A program made the position numbers and the translations under genes. 64,000 nt of DNA from Escherichia coli (GTDB lineage: Bacteria > Pseudomonadota > Gammaproteobacteria > Enterobacterales > Enterobacteriaceae): NCBI RefSeq assembly GCF_013315695.1, contig NZ_CP054353.1, one strand, 5' to 3'. The notes below the pieces were generated by a model. That model did no database searches, was not told the DNA's origin, and saw nothing but the letters and a program-made list of their open reading frames with translations. Of the stretch, positions 35,222 through 47,845 are shown piece by piece (positions within the stretch are counted from its first letter, which is position 1; each line of letters begins with the position of its first letter).

Positions 35222-35797
35222 ATGAAGGCATTATCGCCAATCGCAGCCCTTCTTTCCGCGCTGCTGTTGCAAGGTTGTGTTGCCGCTGCCGTAGTGGGTA
35301 CCGCTGCTGTGGGTACCAAAGCCGCAACGGACCCACGCAGTGTCGGCACCCAGGTAGACGATGGTACCCTGGAAGTGCGCGTGAACAGCGCATTGTCGAA
35401 AGACGAACAAATTAAGAAAGAAGCGCGCATTAATGTAACGGCCTATCAGGGCAAAGTGCTGTTGGTTGGGCAGTCACCAAACTCTGAACTTTCGGCTCGC
35501 GCTAAACAAATTGCGATGGGCGTAGACGGTGCCAACGAAGTGTATAACGAGATTCGTCAGGGCCAGCCGATTGGTCTGGGCGAAGCGTCTAACGATACGT
35601 GGATCACCACCAAAGTGCGTTCGCAGCTCTTAACCAGCGACCTGGTGAAATCGTCCAACGTGAAAGTGACCACCGAAAACGGTGAAGTGTTCCTGATGGG
35701 GCTGGTGACTGAACGTGAAGCGAAAGCGGCGGCAGATATTGCCAGCCGGGTGAGCGGCGTAAAGCGTGTAACTACGGCGTTTACGTTTATTAAATAG
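35222..35797 (+). CDS. dolP: dual-BON-domain outer-membrane lipoprotein DolP (YraP)
   Basis: 191-aa ORF MKALSPIAALLSALLLQGCVAAAVVG... (lipobox). Confidence 0.9.
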   Translation: MKALSPIAALLSALLLQGCVAAAVVGTAAVGTKAATDPRSVGTQVDDGTLEVRVNSALSKDEQIKKEARINVTAYQGKVLLVGQSPNSELSARAKQIAMGVDGANEVYNEIRQGQPIGLGEASNDTWITTKVRSQLLTSDLVKSSNVKVTTENGEVFLMGLVTEREAKAAADIASRVSGVKRVTTAFTFIK

Positions 35798-35905
35798 CAG
35801 CCCTTGTAATGCCTGATGCGACGCTTGCAGCGTCTTATCAGGCCTACAACGATGCAAACCGTAGGTCGGATAAGGCGTTTACGCCGCATCCGACATGTTT
35901 TCCCT
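35798..35905. repeat. REP/BIME palindromic unit cluster
   Basis: GCCTGATGCGACGCTTGCAGCGTCTTATCAGGCCTAC and GTAGGTCGGATAAGGCGTTTACGCCGCATCCGACA motifs. Confidence 0.75.
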
Positions 35906-35909
35906 CAAA

Positions 35910-36950
35910 TCAAGCCAACAGCGCCAACCCGCCGACAATCACACCAGACACTGCCACCATCGCCCCTGTCAGCCATAAGGCTTTCGCCGGGAACGCTTTG
36001 CGCAGCATAATCAGTGACGGCAAACTCACCGCCGGGAGCGTCATCAACAATGCCAGCGCCGGAGCAGTTCCCATACCTGCCAGCATCATCGTTTGTACAA
36101 TCGGAATTTCTGCTGCCGTGGGAATGACAAACAAGCATCCTGCCACCGCCATCGCCACCACCCACATCAGGCTGTTATCGACAGCACCATCGGCATGGGG
36201 GAATAGCCAGACGCGAGCGGCACCCAACACCAGTACTGCAAGGATGTAAACCGGGATCGTACTCCAGAAAAGCGTCCATAGCGCCCTGCCCCAGCGGCTA
36301 AAAAATCCTCCCTGTGCTTCCGGTATGTCAATTTCGACCGGTGCCTGCGTTTGCGGTGTTTCACGCACCCATTTTTGCACCAGCGTCGCAATCAGCAACA
36401 CCATCACCAGCCCCGCCACCAGACGAATCGCCGCAAAACCCCAGCCGAGGACGAACCCCATAAACACCAGCGTCGCCGGGTTTAACAACGGATTCCCCAT
36501 CCAGAATGCCAGCGCACCGCCCATCGACACCTGTTGGCGACGCATTCCCGCCGCGACCGGAGCCGCACAGCAGGTACACATCATGCCCGGCAGCGAAAAC
36601 AGCGTTCCCAGCAGCGTGCCGCGAAAGCGCGATTGCCCAAGCGTACGCAATAACCAGTCACGCGGGATCAGCACCTGAATCAACGACCCGAGCAGTACGC
36701 CCAGCACCGCCGCTTTCCATACCGCGAGGAAATAGATCATCGCGTAATCCAACGCCGCCTGCCACGGATTAGCATCCGCCTGCGCAAGGATAGATTTACC
36801 GATACTGTGGGTTTCGGCAGCAGTAAACGCTTTGCCGTAGTAAGGTTGCCATTTCACATACCAGAGACCGGCAATGACAACGAGAAAGAAAAGCGCGGGT
36901 TTCCACCACTGAATGGGCGTTGCCGCCTGAGATGAAGACTGACCAGTCAT
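35910..36950 (-). CDS. yraQ: putative permease YraQ
   Basis: 346-aa multi-pass membrane ORF. Confidence 0.85.
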   Translation of the reverse strand: MTGQSSSQAATPIQWWKPALFFLVVIAGLWYVKWQPYYGKAFTAAETHSIGKSILAQADANPWQAALDYAMIYFLAVWKAAVLGVLLGSLIQVLIPRDWLLRTLGQSRFRGTLLGTLFSLPGMMCTCCAAPVAAGMRRQQVSMGGALAFWMGNPLLNPATLVFMGFVLGWGFAAIRLVAGLVMVLLIATLVQKWVRETPQTQAPVEIDIPEAQGGFFSRWGRALWTLFWSTIPVYILAVLVLGAARVWLFPHADGAVDNSLMWVVAMAVAGCLFVIPTAAEIPIVQTMMLAGMGTAPALALLMTLPAVSLPSLIMLRKAFPAKALWLTGAMVAVSGVIVGGLALLA

Positions 36951-37022
36951 AGCATTCCCCAGGAATAAGTTATGATAATTGAGCGCGTGAATATTACGCT
37001 CACTATCAATTCTTGGGAATAA

Positions 37023-37668
<646 letters not shown>

Positions 37669-37695
37669 TTACAGAATTGTCTGCCTTGCGCTCCC

Positions 37696-37747
<52 letters not shown>

Positions 37748-37748
37748 A

Positions 37749-38283
<535 letters not shown>

Positions 38284-38304
<21 letters not shown>

Positions 38305-38727
38305 GCCGCGTAGCCATACCAGTTTTTTACCAAAGCCCAGCGTGTTGTCGGTGAATTTGATTTCATCGAGCCGGATTTCCCACACCGGTGCCGACAGCAT
38401 TCTGGCAACCGGAAAGCGACGATTGTACGCCTGGCGCGCACGCTCGCTTTCCTCACCTTCAAGCCTGCGGATCTCGCCTTTAAATTGCACGCCGCGAATT
38501 AACGCTACCGTTTTCGGCTGACCGTTTACCGTTCCGGCAACTGCCGCCTGCGGCCCACTCATCTGCGCGTGGCGCGTTTTTTCTTCCGTCAAAATGTAGA
38601 AGGCGACTTTCTGCGCATCAAAAAGATAAAAGGCATTAGCGCACCACAGTTCCCCTTCCTGCTGCACACACCAGGTGACAACATGTTGTTTTGCCAGCCA
38701 ACGGCTGATGGCGGTGAGTGTTTCCAT
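38284..38727 (-). CDS. yhbP: UPF0306 protein YhbP
   Basis: 147-aa [37 protein letters not shown]... Confidence 0.85.
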
Positions 38728-38777
38728 TGCTGTTCTCTTTTATACTGTGGGCCTGACCTTAACATGCGACGCAGACG

Positions 38778-39080
38778 ATGACACCCTGGTTTCTTTACTT
38801 GATCCGTACCGCCGACAATAAGCTTTATACCGGGATCACCACAGATGTCGAACGCCGCTATCAGCAGCACCAAAGCGGCAAAGGGGCGAAAGCACTGCGC
38901 GGGAAAGGAGAACTAACGCTGGCGTTTTCCGCGCCAGTGGGCGATCGTTCGCTGGCACTACGGGCGGAATATCGCGTTAAGCAACTGACCAAACGGCAAA
39001 AAGAGCGTCTGGTAGCGGAAGGCGCAGGGTTTGCAGAACTGTTGAGCAGCCTGCAAACCCCAAAGATTAAAAGCGATTGA
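38778..39080 (+). CDS. yhbQ: GIY-YIG domain protein YhbQ
   Basis: 100-aa [37 protein letters not shown]... Confidence 0.88.
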   Translation: MTPWFLYLIRTADNKLYTGITTDVERRYQQHQSGKGAKALRGKGELTLAFSAPVGDRSLALRAEYRVKQLTKRQKERLVAEGAGFAELLSSLQTPKIKSD

Positions 39081-39570
39081 AGTGCTCGTGATACTCAACC
39101 AGACCAGTTACACCGTTCAGCGCGTCATCCGCTAAACGATGTACCTGGAAGGCACTTTCAGTGCCCGGCCAGCGGCAACGCAGATCGTGATGTGCCGCCA
39201 GTTCAAAGCCGAAACGGCTGTACAGCGCCGGATCGCCCAGCGTCACCACTGCGGCATAGCCGAACTCATTAAGCGAATCGAGTCCTTCATAGACCAGTTG
39301 GCGTGCCAGCCCCTGTCCACGGTATTTTTCATCTACCGCCAGCGGTGCCATGCCGACCCATTGCAGGTCTTCGCCCTGCACATCAACCGGACTGAATGCC
39401 ACATAGCCAATGACCTGACCTTCGTCATCTGTCGCCACCAGCCCCAACGTCAGAAAGCCATCTTCACGCAGATCGTGAACCAGCTTCGCTTCCGCATCAC
39501 TTTCGAATGAACGACGCAGCAGGGCATCAATACCCGGCGCATCAATGGGAATTTCTACTCGAATTAGCAT
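39067..39570 (-). CDS. yhbS: GNAT-family N-acetyltransferase YhbS
   Basis: 167-aa [26 protein letters not shown]... Confidence 0.88.
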   Translation of the reverse strand: MLIRVEIPIDAPGIDALLRRSFESDAEAKLVHDLREDGFLTLGLVATDDEGQVIGYVAFSPVDVQGEDLQWVGMAPLAVDEKYRGQGLARQLVYEGLDSLNEFGYAAVVTLGDPALYSRFGFELAAHHDLRCRWPGTESAFQVHRLADDALNGVTGLVEYHEHFNRF

Positions 39571-40088
39571 GGTTCACCTACCGATGTCTGTTTGGTTTCA
39601 GGCGCGGTTTTCATTCCCGCCTCAACAAAATCCGCCAGTTGCAGCAGCATCATGCGTAAGGCATTCGGCATTTGCTCCAGTTCAATGGCGTCCATCAGGT
39701 TTTTCACATACAGCCCCAGCTCCGTATCGCCTTCAATCACCAGCCGACGCTGGAAGAAGAGCGTATCCGGATCTTGTTTACGCGCCGCAATCATCAGCAG
39801 ATCGCTGGCGTCGGCACTAAAACTCACATCAGCTTGCGCGTTCTGGCTAACGACCAGTTTGCCATTCACCACCGAGGTAAACCATTGCAGGTCAATATCA
39901 CGCACATGAATACTTAACCAGCGGCCTTCAAGAAACTCCAGCTCGCCATCATCCAGCGCCTGACGGAATTGCCAGCTTAAGACCTGCTCAAGAACCTGGC
40001 GTTTTAGCGCAAATGGCGTCAGTTTTACCGGTACACTCAACAGAGATGGCCCCAAATGCACAATACGGGAACGCAGTTTATCCAACAC
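39564..40088 (-). CDS. ubiT: SCP2-domain protein UbiT (YhbT), anaerobic ubiquinone biosynthesis accessory factor; start uncertain
   Basis: ORF 39564..40112; likely GTG start giving about 174 aa (…LDKLRSRIVHLGPSLLSVPVKLTPF…). Confidence 0.75.
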   Translation of the reverse strand: MLDKLRSRIVHLGPSLLSVPVKLTPFALKRQVLEQVLSWQFRQALDDGELEFLEGRWLSIHVRDIDLQWFTSVVNGKLVVSQNAQADVSFSADASDLLMIAARKQDPDTLFFQRRLVIEGDTELGLYVKNLMDAIELEQMPNALRMMLLQLADFVEAGMKTAPETKQTSVGEPC

Positions 40089-40296
40089 GAGTTTTACTCC
40101 CTGTTTCAACAATCATCCTATTTTGCCATATCAGAAAAATAACATAGCGGTATAAATCAACAATTCCATATGAAATTGCTGCTACCACCAATACAACTTT
40201 AACTGCCTTAAATCAAAAATTGTCGCAGCAAGGTTAACTAAAATCCCAGTTCGTTAACATTTTTGCGCTTTGATAGCGCAACCTTCAGGAAAAATT

Positions 40297-41292
40297 ATGG
40301 AGCTGCTCTGCCCTGCCGGAAATCTCCCGGCGCTTAAGGCGGCCATCGAAAACGGCGCAGATGCTGTTTATATCGGGCTAAAAGATGATACCAATGCCCG
40401 TCACTTCGCCGGCCTTAACTTTACCGAGAAAAAATTGCAGGAAGCGGTGAGTTTTGTCCATCAACATCGCCGCAAACTTCACATCGCGATTAACACTTTT
40501 GCGCATCCGGACGGTTACGCCCGTTGGCAGCGCGCCGTGGATATGGCGGCGCAGCTGGGTGCCGACGCGCTGATCCTCGCCGACCTCGCCATGCTGGAGT
40601 ACGCCGCCGAGCGTTACCCGCATATTGAGCGTCATGTGTCAGTGCAGGCTTCGGCGACCAATGAAGAGGCGATTAACTTTTATCATCGCCATTTTGACGT
40701 TGCCCGCGTGGTGCTGCCGCGCGTGTTGTCGATTCATCAGGTGAAACAACTGGCACGGGTCACACCTGTCCCGCTGGAAGTGTTTGCTTTCGGCAGCCTG
40801 TGCATTATGTCGGAAGGCCGTTGCTATCTGTCGTCGTATTTGACGGGTGAGTCGCCCAACACTGTGGGTGCGTGTTCTCCGGCCCGTTTCGTGCGCTGGC
40901 AACAAACGCCGCAGGGGCTGGAATCCCGCCTGAACGAAGTGCTGATCGACCGTTATCAGGACGGCGAAAACGCAGGTTATCCGACGCTGTGTAAAGGGCG
41001 TTATCTGGTGGACGGCGAACGCTATCACGCGCTGGAAGAACCCACCAGTCTCAATACCCTGGAACTGCTGCCGGAGTTAATGGCAGCGAATATTGCTTCG
41101 GTGAAAATTGAAGGCCGCCAGCGTAGCCCGGCGTATGTCAGCCAGGTGGCGAAAGTCTGGCGTCAGGCTATCGACCGTTGTAAGGCCGATCCGCAAAACT
41201 TCATACCGCAAAGCGCGTGGATGGAGACGCTCGGGTCGATGTCCGAAGGCACGCAGACCACCCTTGGCGCGTATCACCGTAAATGGCAGTGA
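40297..41292 (+). CDS. ubiU: U32-peptidase-family protein UbiU (YhbU), O2-independent ubiquinone hydroxylation
   Basis: ORF 40270..41292; start taken at MELLCPAGNLPALKAAIENGADAVYIGLKD. Confidence 0.88.
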   Translation: MELLCPAGNLPALKAAIENGADAVYIGLKDDTNARHFAGLNFTEKKLQEAVSFVHQHRRKLHIAINTFAHPDGYARWQRAVDMAAQLGADALILADLAMLEYAAERYPHIERHVSVQASATNEEAINFYHRHFDVARVVLPRVLSIHQVKQLARVTPVPLEVFAFGSLCIMSEGRCYLSSYLTGESPNTVGACSPARFVRWQQTPQGLESRLNEVLIDRYQDGENAGYPTLCKGRYLVDGERYHALEEPTSLNTLELLPELMAANIASVKIEGRQRSPAYVSQVAKVWRQAIDRCKADPQNFIPQSAWMETLGSMSEGTQTTLGAYHRKWQ

Positions 41293-41300
41293 GAAAAGCA

Positions 41301-42179
41301 ATGAAATATTCCTTAGGGCCAGTGCTGTGGTACTGGCCAAAAGAGACGCTGGAAGATTTTTATCAGCAGGCCGCCGCCAGCAACGCAGACGTGATTTATC
41401 TCGGTGAAGCGGTCTGTAGCAAACGCCGGGCAACCAAAGTTGGCGACTGGCTGGAGATGGCAAAATCGCTCGCCGGAAGTGGCAAGCAGATTGTGCTCTC
41501 CACGCTGGCGCTGGTGCAGGCATCCTCCGAACTGGGCGAACTGAAACGCTATGTTGAGAACGGTGAGTTTCTGATTGAAGCCAGCGATCTCGGCGTGGTG
41601 AATATGTGCGCTGAACGCAAACTGCCGTTCGTCGCCGGGCACGCGCTGAACTGCTACAACGCGGTGACGCTGAAAATATTGCTTAAACAGGGCATGATGC
41701 GCTGGTGTATGCCGGTGGAGCTTTCCCGCGACTGGCTGGTGAATCTACTTAATCAGTGCGATGAACTGGGTATTCGCAACCAGTTTGAAGTGGAAGTCCT
41801 GAGCTACGGTCATCTGCCGCTGGCCTACTCCGCCCGCTGCTTTACCGCGCGTTCGGAAGACCGCCCGAAAGATGAGTGCGAAACCTGCTGCATTAAGTAT
41901 CCGAACGGGCGCAACGTGCTGTCGCAGGAAAACCAACAAGTGTTTGTACTCAACGGCATTCAGACCATGAGCGGCTACGTTTACAACCTCGGTAACGAGC
42001 TGGCATCCATGCAGGGGCTGGTCGATGTGGTCCGCCTGTCACCGCAGGGTACTGACACTTTCGCGATGCTCGACGCCTTCCGCGCCAATGAAAATGGCGC
42101 TGCGCCACTGCCGTTGACGGCAAACAGCGATTGTAACGGCTACTGGAGACGGTTGGCGGGGCTGGAGCTGCAAGCCTAA
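41301..42179 (+). CDS. ubiV: U32-peptidase-family protein UbiV (YhbV)
   Basis: ORF 41283..42179; start taken at MKYSLGPVLWYWPKETLEDFY. Confidence 0.88.
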   Translation: MKYSLGPVLWYWPKETLEDFYQQAAASNADVIYLGEAVCSKRRATKVGDWLEMAKSLAGSGKQIVLSTLALVQASSELGELKRYVENGEFLIEASDLGVVNMCAERKLPFVAGHALNCYNAVTLKILLKQGMMRWCMPVELSRDWLVNLLNQCDELGIRNQFEVEVLSYGHLPLAYSARCFTARSEDRPKDECETCCIKYPNGRNVLSQENQQVFVLNGIQTMSGYVYNLGNELASMQGLVDVVRLSPQGTDTFAMLDAFRANENGAAPLPLTANSDCNGYWRRLAGLELQA

Positions 42180-42259
42180 GCAAATAGCTCACTTTGTTAA
42201 CAACTTTAACTACTCTTTAATGCAGTATTAAAGATTAATCGGTAACAAAGTGAGCTGTT

Positions 42260-43267
42260 ATGACTGATAAAACCATTGCGTTTTCGCTACTCGATCTGGC
42301 CCCCATCCCCGAAGGCTCTTCAGCGCGAGAAGCGTTCTCCCACTCTCTCGATCTCGCCCGTCTGGCTGAAAAGCACGGCTATCATCGCTACTGGCTGGCA
42401 GAACACCACAATATGACCGGTATTGCCAGTGCTGCAACATCAGTTTTGATTGGCTATCTGGCAGCGAATACCACCACACTGCATCTGGGGTCTGGCGGCG
42501 TGATGTTGCCTAACCACTCACCGTTGGTGATCGCCGAACAATTCGGCACGCTCAATACGCTCTATCCGGGGCGAATCGATTTGGGGCTGGGTCGTGCACC
42601 GGGTAGCGATCAGCGAACCATGATGGCGCTGCGTCGTCATATGAGCGGCGATATTGATAATTTCCCCCGCGATGTCGCGGAACTGGTGGACTGGTTTGAC
42701 GCCCGCGATCCCAATCCGCATGTGCGCCCGGTACCAGGCTATGGCGAGAAAATCCCCGTGTGGTTGTTAGGCTCCAGCCTTTACAGCGCGCAACTGGCGG
42801 CGCAGCTTGGTCTGCCGTTTGCGTTTGCCTCACACTTCGCGCCGGATATGTTGTTCCAGGCGCTGCATCTTTATCGCAGCAACTTCAAACCGTCGGCACG
42901 GTTGGAGAAACCGTATGCGATGGTGTGCATCAATATTATCGCCGCCGACAGCAACCGCGACGCTGAATTTCTGTTTACCTCGATGCAGCAAGCCTTTGTG
43001 AAGCTGCGCCGTGGCGAAACCGGGCAACTGCCGCCGCCGATTCAAAATATGGATCAGTTCTGGTCACCGTCCGAGCAGTATGGCGTGCAGCAGGCGCTGA
43101 GTATGTCGCTGGTGGGTGATAAAGCGAAAGTGCGTCATGGTTTGCAGTCGATCCTGCGCGAAACCGACGCCGATGAGATTATGGTTAACGGGCAGATTTT
43201 CGACCACCAGGCGCGCCTGCATTCGTTTGAGCTGGTGATGGATGTGAAGGAAGAATTATTGGGGTAG
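42260..43267 (+). CDS. yhbW: luciferase-like monooxygenase family protein YhbW
   Basis: 335-aa [53 protein letters not shown]... Confidence 0.88.
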   Translation: MTDKTIAFSLLDLAPIPEGSSAREAFSHSLDLARLAEKHGYHRYWLAEHHNMTGIASAATSVLIGYLAANTTTLHLGSGGVMLPNHSPLVIAEQFGTLNTLYPGRIDLGLGRAPGSDQRTMMALRRHMSGDIDNFPRDVAELVDWFDARDPNPHVRPVPGYGEKIPVWLLGSSLYSAQLAAQLGLPFAFASHFAPDMLFQALHLYRSNFKPSARLEKPYAMVCINIIAADSNRDAEFLFTSMQQAFVKLRRGETGQLPPPIQNMDQFWSPSEQYGVQQALSMSLVGDKAKVRHGLQSILRETDADEIMVNGQIFDHQARLHSFELVMDVKEELLG

Positions 43268-43269
43268 TG

Positions 43270-43385
43270 TGTTTTAACGTAGGAAGCCTTATCCGAGATG
43301 GCAACGCTGTCCTACACAATGCCTGATAAGCGAAGCGCATCAGGCATTGTGTAGGCAGCAGAAATGTCGGATAAGGCACCGCTGA
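43270..43385. repeat. REP/BIME palindromic element
   Basis: CCTTATCCGAGATGGCAAC...CAATGCCTGATAAGCGAAGCGCATCAGGCATTG...GTCGGATAAGGC inverted repeats. Confidence 0.7.
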
Positions 43386-44630
43386 TTACTGATACACCGG
43401 CAGCAAATTAAAGCTCGATAAAATATGCACCAGTGCGTTGCCAACGCCAAACACCAGAATCAGCGCAATCATCGGCTTGCCGCCCCAGACGCGGAATTTC
43501 GGGCTGCCAAAGCGTTTACGCGATGCGCGGGCCAACAGCGCCGGTACAATTGCCGCCCAGATAGTAGCTGCTAAGCCAGCATAACCAATGGCGTACAGGA
43601 ATCCATTCGGGAACAGCAGACCACCCACGACAGGCGGGGCAAAGGTCAACAATGCTGTTTTCAAGCGGCCCATAGCCGAGTCATCGAAACCAAACAGATC
43701 TGCCAGATAGTCAAACAAACCCAGCGTTACGCCAAGGAACGAACTCGCTACCGCAAAGTTTGAGAACACGACCAGCAGAAGATCCAGGCTACGGCTGTTC
43801 AGCACGCCGCTTAACGCCTGTACCAGCACATCAATATTACCGCCCTTCTCGGCGATGCCGATAAACTCCGGACGAGGGATGTTGCCCATCGTCGCCAGCA
43901 ACCAGATGGTATACAGCGCCAGCGCCATCAGCGTACCGTACACCAGGCATTTCACGATGGTTTTCGGATCTTTGCCGTAATACTTCATCAGGCTCGGCAC
44001 GTTACCGTGATAACCAAACGATGCCAGACAGAATGGCAGTGTCATCAGCAGATACGGCGCATAAGACGCATTGCTTTCGGCGACGTTGAACAATGTCGCA
44101 GGCTGTACATGCCCCAGTAGGCTACCGAAGGTGAGGAAGAAGGTAATGACTTTCGCACCCAGCACAATCGCCGTCATGCGGCTGACCGCTTTGGTGCTCA
44201 ACCACACCACAAACGCCACCAGCAGTGCAAAACCAAAACCCGCTGCCCGTGCCGGGACGTTCAATGACATCTCTGCGAAGGTATGATGCAGAATCGAACC
44301 GCTGGCAGAAATATAGGCATAGGTCAGGATATAGAGCACAAAGGCAATGGAAATGCCGTTGACCACGTTCCAGCCTTTGCCCAGCAAATCTTTGGTGATG
44401 GTGTCAAAGCTCGAACCGATTCGGTAATTCAGGTTAGCTTCCAGAATCATCAAGCCGGAATGCAGCATACAGAACCAGGTAAAGATCAGCGCCGCCATTG
44501 ACCAGAAGAACCACGCCCCGGACATGACCACTGGCAGAGAAAACATCCCTGCGCCAATAATGGTGCCGCCGATAATCACCACGCCGCCAAGCAGCGACGG
44601 TGACGTTTGGGTGGTGGTTAGTGTTGCCAT
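43386..44630 (-). CDS. mtr: tryptophan-specific permease Mtr
   Basis: 414-aa membrane [38 protein letters not shown]... Confidence 0.92.
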   Translation of the reverse strand: MATLTTTQTSPSLLGGVVIIGGTIIGAGMFSLPVVMSGAWFFWSMAALIFTWFCMLHSGLMILEANLNYRIGSSFDTITKDLLGKGWNVVNGISIAFVLYILTYAYISASGSILHHTFAEMSLNVPARAAGFGFALLVAFVVWLSTKAVSRMTAIVLGAKVITFFLTFGSLLGHVQPATLFNVAESNASYAPYLLMTLPFCLASFGYHGNVPSLMKYYGKDPKTIVKCLVYGTLMALALYTIWLLATMGNIPRPEFIGIAEKGGNIDVLVQALSGVLNSRSLDLLLVVFSNFAVASSFLGVTLGLFDYLADLFGFDDSAMGRLKTALLTFAPPVVGGLLFPNGFLYAIGYAGLAATIWAAIVPALLARASRKRFGSPKFRVWGGKPMIALILVFGVGNALVHILSSFNLLPVYQ

Positions 44631-44704
44631 GAGGGCTTCTCTCCAGTGAAAAATAGTGCGACTGCGTTGTTATGCATTGCACTGTACCAGTACATGAGTA
44701 CAAA

Positions 44705-44740
44705 AGACAGAAAAAAAGCCCCGATTGTTAAAATCGGGGC
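44705..44740 (-). terminator. rho-independent terminator downstream of deaD
   Basis: GCCCCGATT-TTAACAA-TCGGGGC hairpin followed on the minus strand by TTTTTTTCTGTCTTTT. Confidence 0.7.
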
Positions 44741-44783
44741 TGTATATATTATTTTACAGACTGTATTCGCTGTTCAGCGATGA

Positions 44784-46673
44784 TTACGCATCGCCACCGA
44801 AACGACGACGACCGGTAGAGTCATCACGACGCGGTGCGCGGCCTTCACGACGTTCGCCGCTAAAACGACGACCATCACTACGGCCACCTTCACGGCGTTC
44901 ACCGCTGAAGTTACGACCGCCTTCACGACGTTCGCCACCGAAACCACGACCACCGCCACGACGCTCACCGCCAGTATGCGGCTGTGCATCGCCCAGTAAC
45001 TGCATATTCATCGGCTTGTTGAGAATGCGAGTACGCGTAAAGTGTTGCAGCACTTCACCCGGCATACCTTTCGGCAGTTCGATGGTGGAGTGAGAAGCAA
45101 ACAGCTTGATGTTACCGATGTAACGGCTGCTGATGTCGCCTTCGTTAGCAATCGCACCAACGATATGACGAACTTCAACACCATCATCGCGGCCCACTTC
45201 AATGCGGTACAGCTGCATATCGCCAACATCACGACGTTCGCGACGCGGACGATCTTCACGGTCGCCACGCGGGCCACGGTCGTTACGATCGCGCGGACCA
45301 CGGTCATCACGGTCACGGAATTCACGTTTCGGACGCATCGGCGCATCTGGCGGAACAATCAGAGTACGTTCACCCTGTGCCATTTTCAGCAGTGCGGCGG
45401 CCAGAGTTTCGAGATCCAGCTCTTCACCTTCTGCCGTCGGCTGAATTTTGCTCAGCAGTGCACGGTATTGATCCAGATCGCTGCTTTCCAGCTGCTGCTG
45501 TACTTTAGCGGCGAATTTTTCCAGACGACGTTTGCCCAGCAGTTCTGCGTTCGGCAGTTCAACTTCCGGAATGGTCAGCTTCATGGTGCGTTCAATGTTA
45601 CGCAGCAGACGACGCTCACGGTTCTCAACGAACAGCAGCGCACGGCCAGCACGGCCCGCACGACCAGTACGACCGATACGGTGAACGTAAGACTCAGAAT
45701 CCATCGGGATATCGTAGTTAACTACCAGGCTGATACGCTCAACGTCCAGGCCACGGGCCGCAACGTCGGTCGCAATCAGGATGTCCAGACGACCATCTTT
45801 CAGTCGTTCCAGTGTCTGCTCACGCAGCGCCTGGTTCATGTCACCGTTCAGCGCGGCGCTGTTGTAGCCGTTACGCTCAAGAGCTTCTGCCACTTCCAGA
45901 GTCGCGTTTTTGGTACGAACGAAGATAATCGCCGCATCAAAATCTTCCGCTTCCAGGAAACGTACCAGTGCTTCGTTTTTACGCATACCCCAGACAGTCC
46001 AGTAGCTCTGGCTGATGTCAGGACGGGTAGTCACGCTGGACTGAATGCGCACTTCCTGCGGCTCTTTCATAAAGCGGCGGGTAATGCGACGAATCGCTTC
46101 CGGCATGGTTGCAGAGAACAGAGCGGTCTGATGACCTTCCGGGATCTGCGCCATAATAGTTTCAACGTCTTCGATGAAGCCCATGCGCAGCATTTCGTCA
46201 GCTTCATCCAGAACCAGACCGCTCAATTTAGAGAGGTCCAGAGTGCCACGTTTCAGGTGGTCCAGCAGACGGCCCGGAGTACCGACAACGATCTGCGGCC
46301 CCTGACGCAGGGCGCGTAATTGCACGTCATAACGTTGGCCGCCGTACAGGGCAACCACGTTTACGCCGCGCATGTGTTTAGAGAAATCCGTCATTGCTTC
46401 AGCAACCTGTACCGCCAGTTCGCGGGTCGGTGCCAGCACCAGAATCTGTGGTGCTTTCAGCTCAGGATCAAGATTCTGCAGCAGAGGTAAAGAGAATGCT
46501 GCAGTTTTTCCGCTCCCCGTCTGGGCCATACCCAGAACGTCGCGGCCATTCAGCAGATGTGGAATACACTCTGCCTGAATTGGAGATGGTTTTTCGTAAC
46601 CCAGATCGTTAAGGGCTTCAAGGATAGGAGCCTTCAGGCCCAGATCTGCAAAAGTGGTTTCGAATTCAGCCAT
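44784..46673 (-). CDS. deaD: cold-shock DEAD-box RNA helicase DeaD (CsdA)
   Basis: ORF 44784..46739; start taken at [21 protein letters not shown] (629 aa); DEAD and SAT motifs; RGG/ERR-rich C-terminal tail. Confidence 0.93.
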
Positions 46674-46746
46674 GTAGTACGTGTGCCTCAAAATTAATGG
46701 CGGCCAGTCTACATAACTCATCATGAAATTGATCAGCAATTTTCAT
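46666..46746 (-). CDS. yrbN: small protein YrbN (26 aa), overlapping the deaD start
   Basis: ATG-initiated 26-codon [29 protein letters not shown]; stop overlaps deaD start codon region by 8 nt; identity from recall of a 26-aa yrbN at this position. Confidence 0.5.
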
Positions 46747-46852
46747 TGAAAAGTGTGAACCGGCTCAAAGTAGGTGTATTAACGAACAACAACGCCCTCA
46801 CCCGTTAAGGTGATGGCAATCAAAAAAGATTACGGGCTGATGTGTACGTCAG

Positions 46853-47737
46853 CTATTGCTGGTCCGATTCTGCCAGGTCATCTTGGTCCTGGCCCAGGAG
46901 CGATAATTCCAACAATGCGTATCGGTGCTCAACAAAGTTATGAACGTTGTTGGCAACCGCCAGTTTGAACAGTGCCGTGGCGCTGTCCAAATCCCCCAGA
47001 CTTAGGTAGTACTTACCTAAATAGAAGTTGGTTTCACTGAGATGCTCAGCGAGCGAGGTGTTATCCGTTGCGTCCGCCTTGAGCCTTTCCATTAACGTTT
47101 GTTCGCTAATGTTGCCCAGGTAGAACTCGACAATGTTCCATCCCCACTGTTCCTTATCCGATTTTTCGAAGTGCTGTTTCAACACTTCTTTAGCCTGCTT
47201 CTCATCGAGCTTCTGCTCGGCGAGATAAAGCCACAGACTACGGAAAGGATCATTGGGATCGTCTTGATAAAACGCCAGCAGATCATCTTGCGCTAACTTG
47301 TCACGACCGCCGTAATATAATGCGATCCCGCGATTCAAGTGCGCGTAGTTGTAAGTTGGATCAAGCTCAAGTACAGAATCAAACGCTTCATAGGCAGCAT
47401 CAAAATTGCCTGCCTGCGTTAAATATATGCCTAAGTAATTGAATACTTCAGGCATATCCGGTCGGATTGCCAGCGCTTGCGAAAAATCGTTACGCGCTAA
47501 TGCCCTCAGACCGAGACTATCATACAACACTCCGCGCTCATATAAAAGCTGTGCGCGTTCGTCATCGGTTAAAGCCCGACTGGCAAGGATCTGTTCCATA
47601 CGTGCCAGAATCACTTCCTGCTGTAAAGTCGGTTGCAATGGTACCGCGAGGACTTCACTTTTACGCCAGGAAGTATTACTGCATCCTGCAAGCGTAAGTG
47701 CTGTCGCAACGAAACACCAGCGCAAAAAAGGCTTCAT
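46853..47737 (-). CDS. nlpI: TPR-repeat outer-membrane lipoprotein NlpI
   Basis: 294-aa [32 protein letters not shown]... (lipobox). Confidence 0.93.
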
Positions 47738-47845
47738 TTCCCACTCCCGAAGACCACGGTTGAATGAACGTCCTGTTCCCGGTTGCTAACAAGGCGTCCT
47801 GCCCGGTTAAAAGCCCCCCGCCGCAGCGGAGGGCAAATGGCAACC

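Noticed and set aside
44790-45000. Repetitive GC-rich sequence at the 3-prime end of deaD
   Set aside because: Encodes the Arg/Gly/Glu-rich C-terminal tail of the helicase (GERREGG repeats); coding, not an independent repeat element.
45042-46319. 425-aa plus-strand ORF antisense to deaD
   Set aside because: Same reasoning; deaD is confidently identified on the minus strand.
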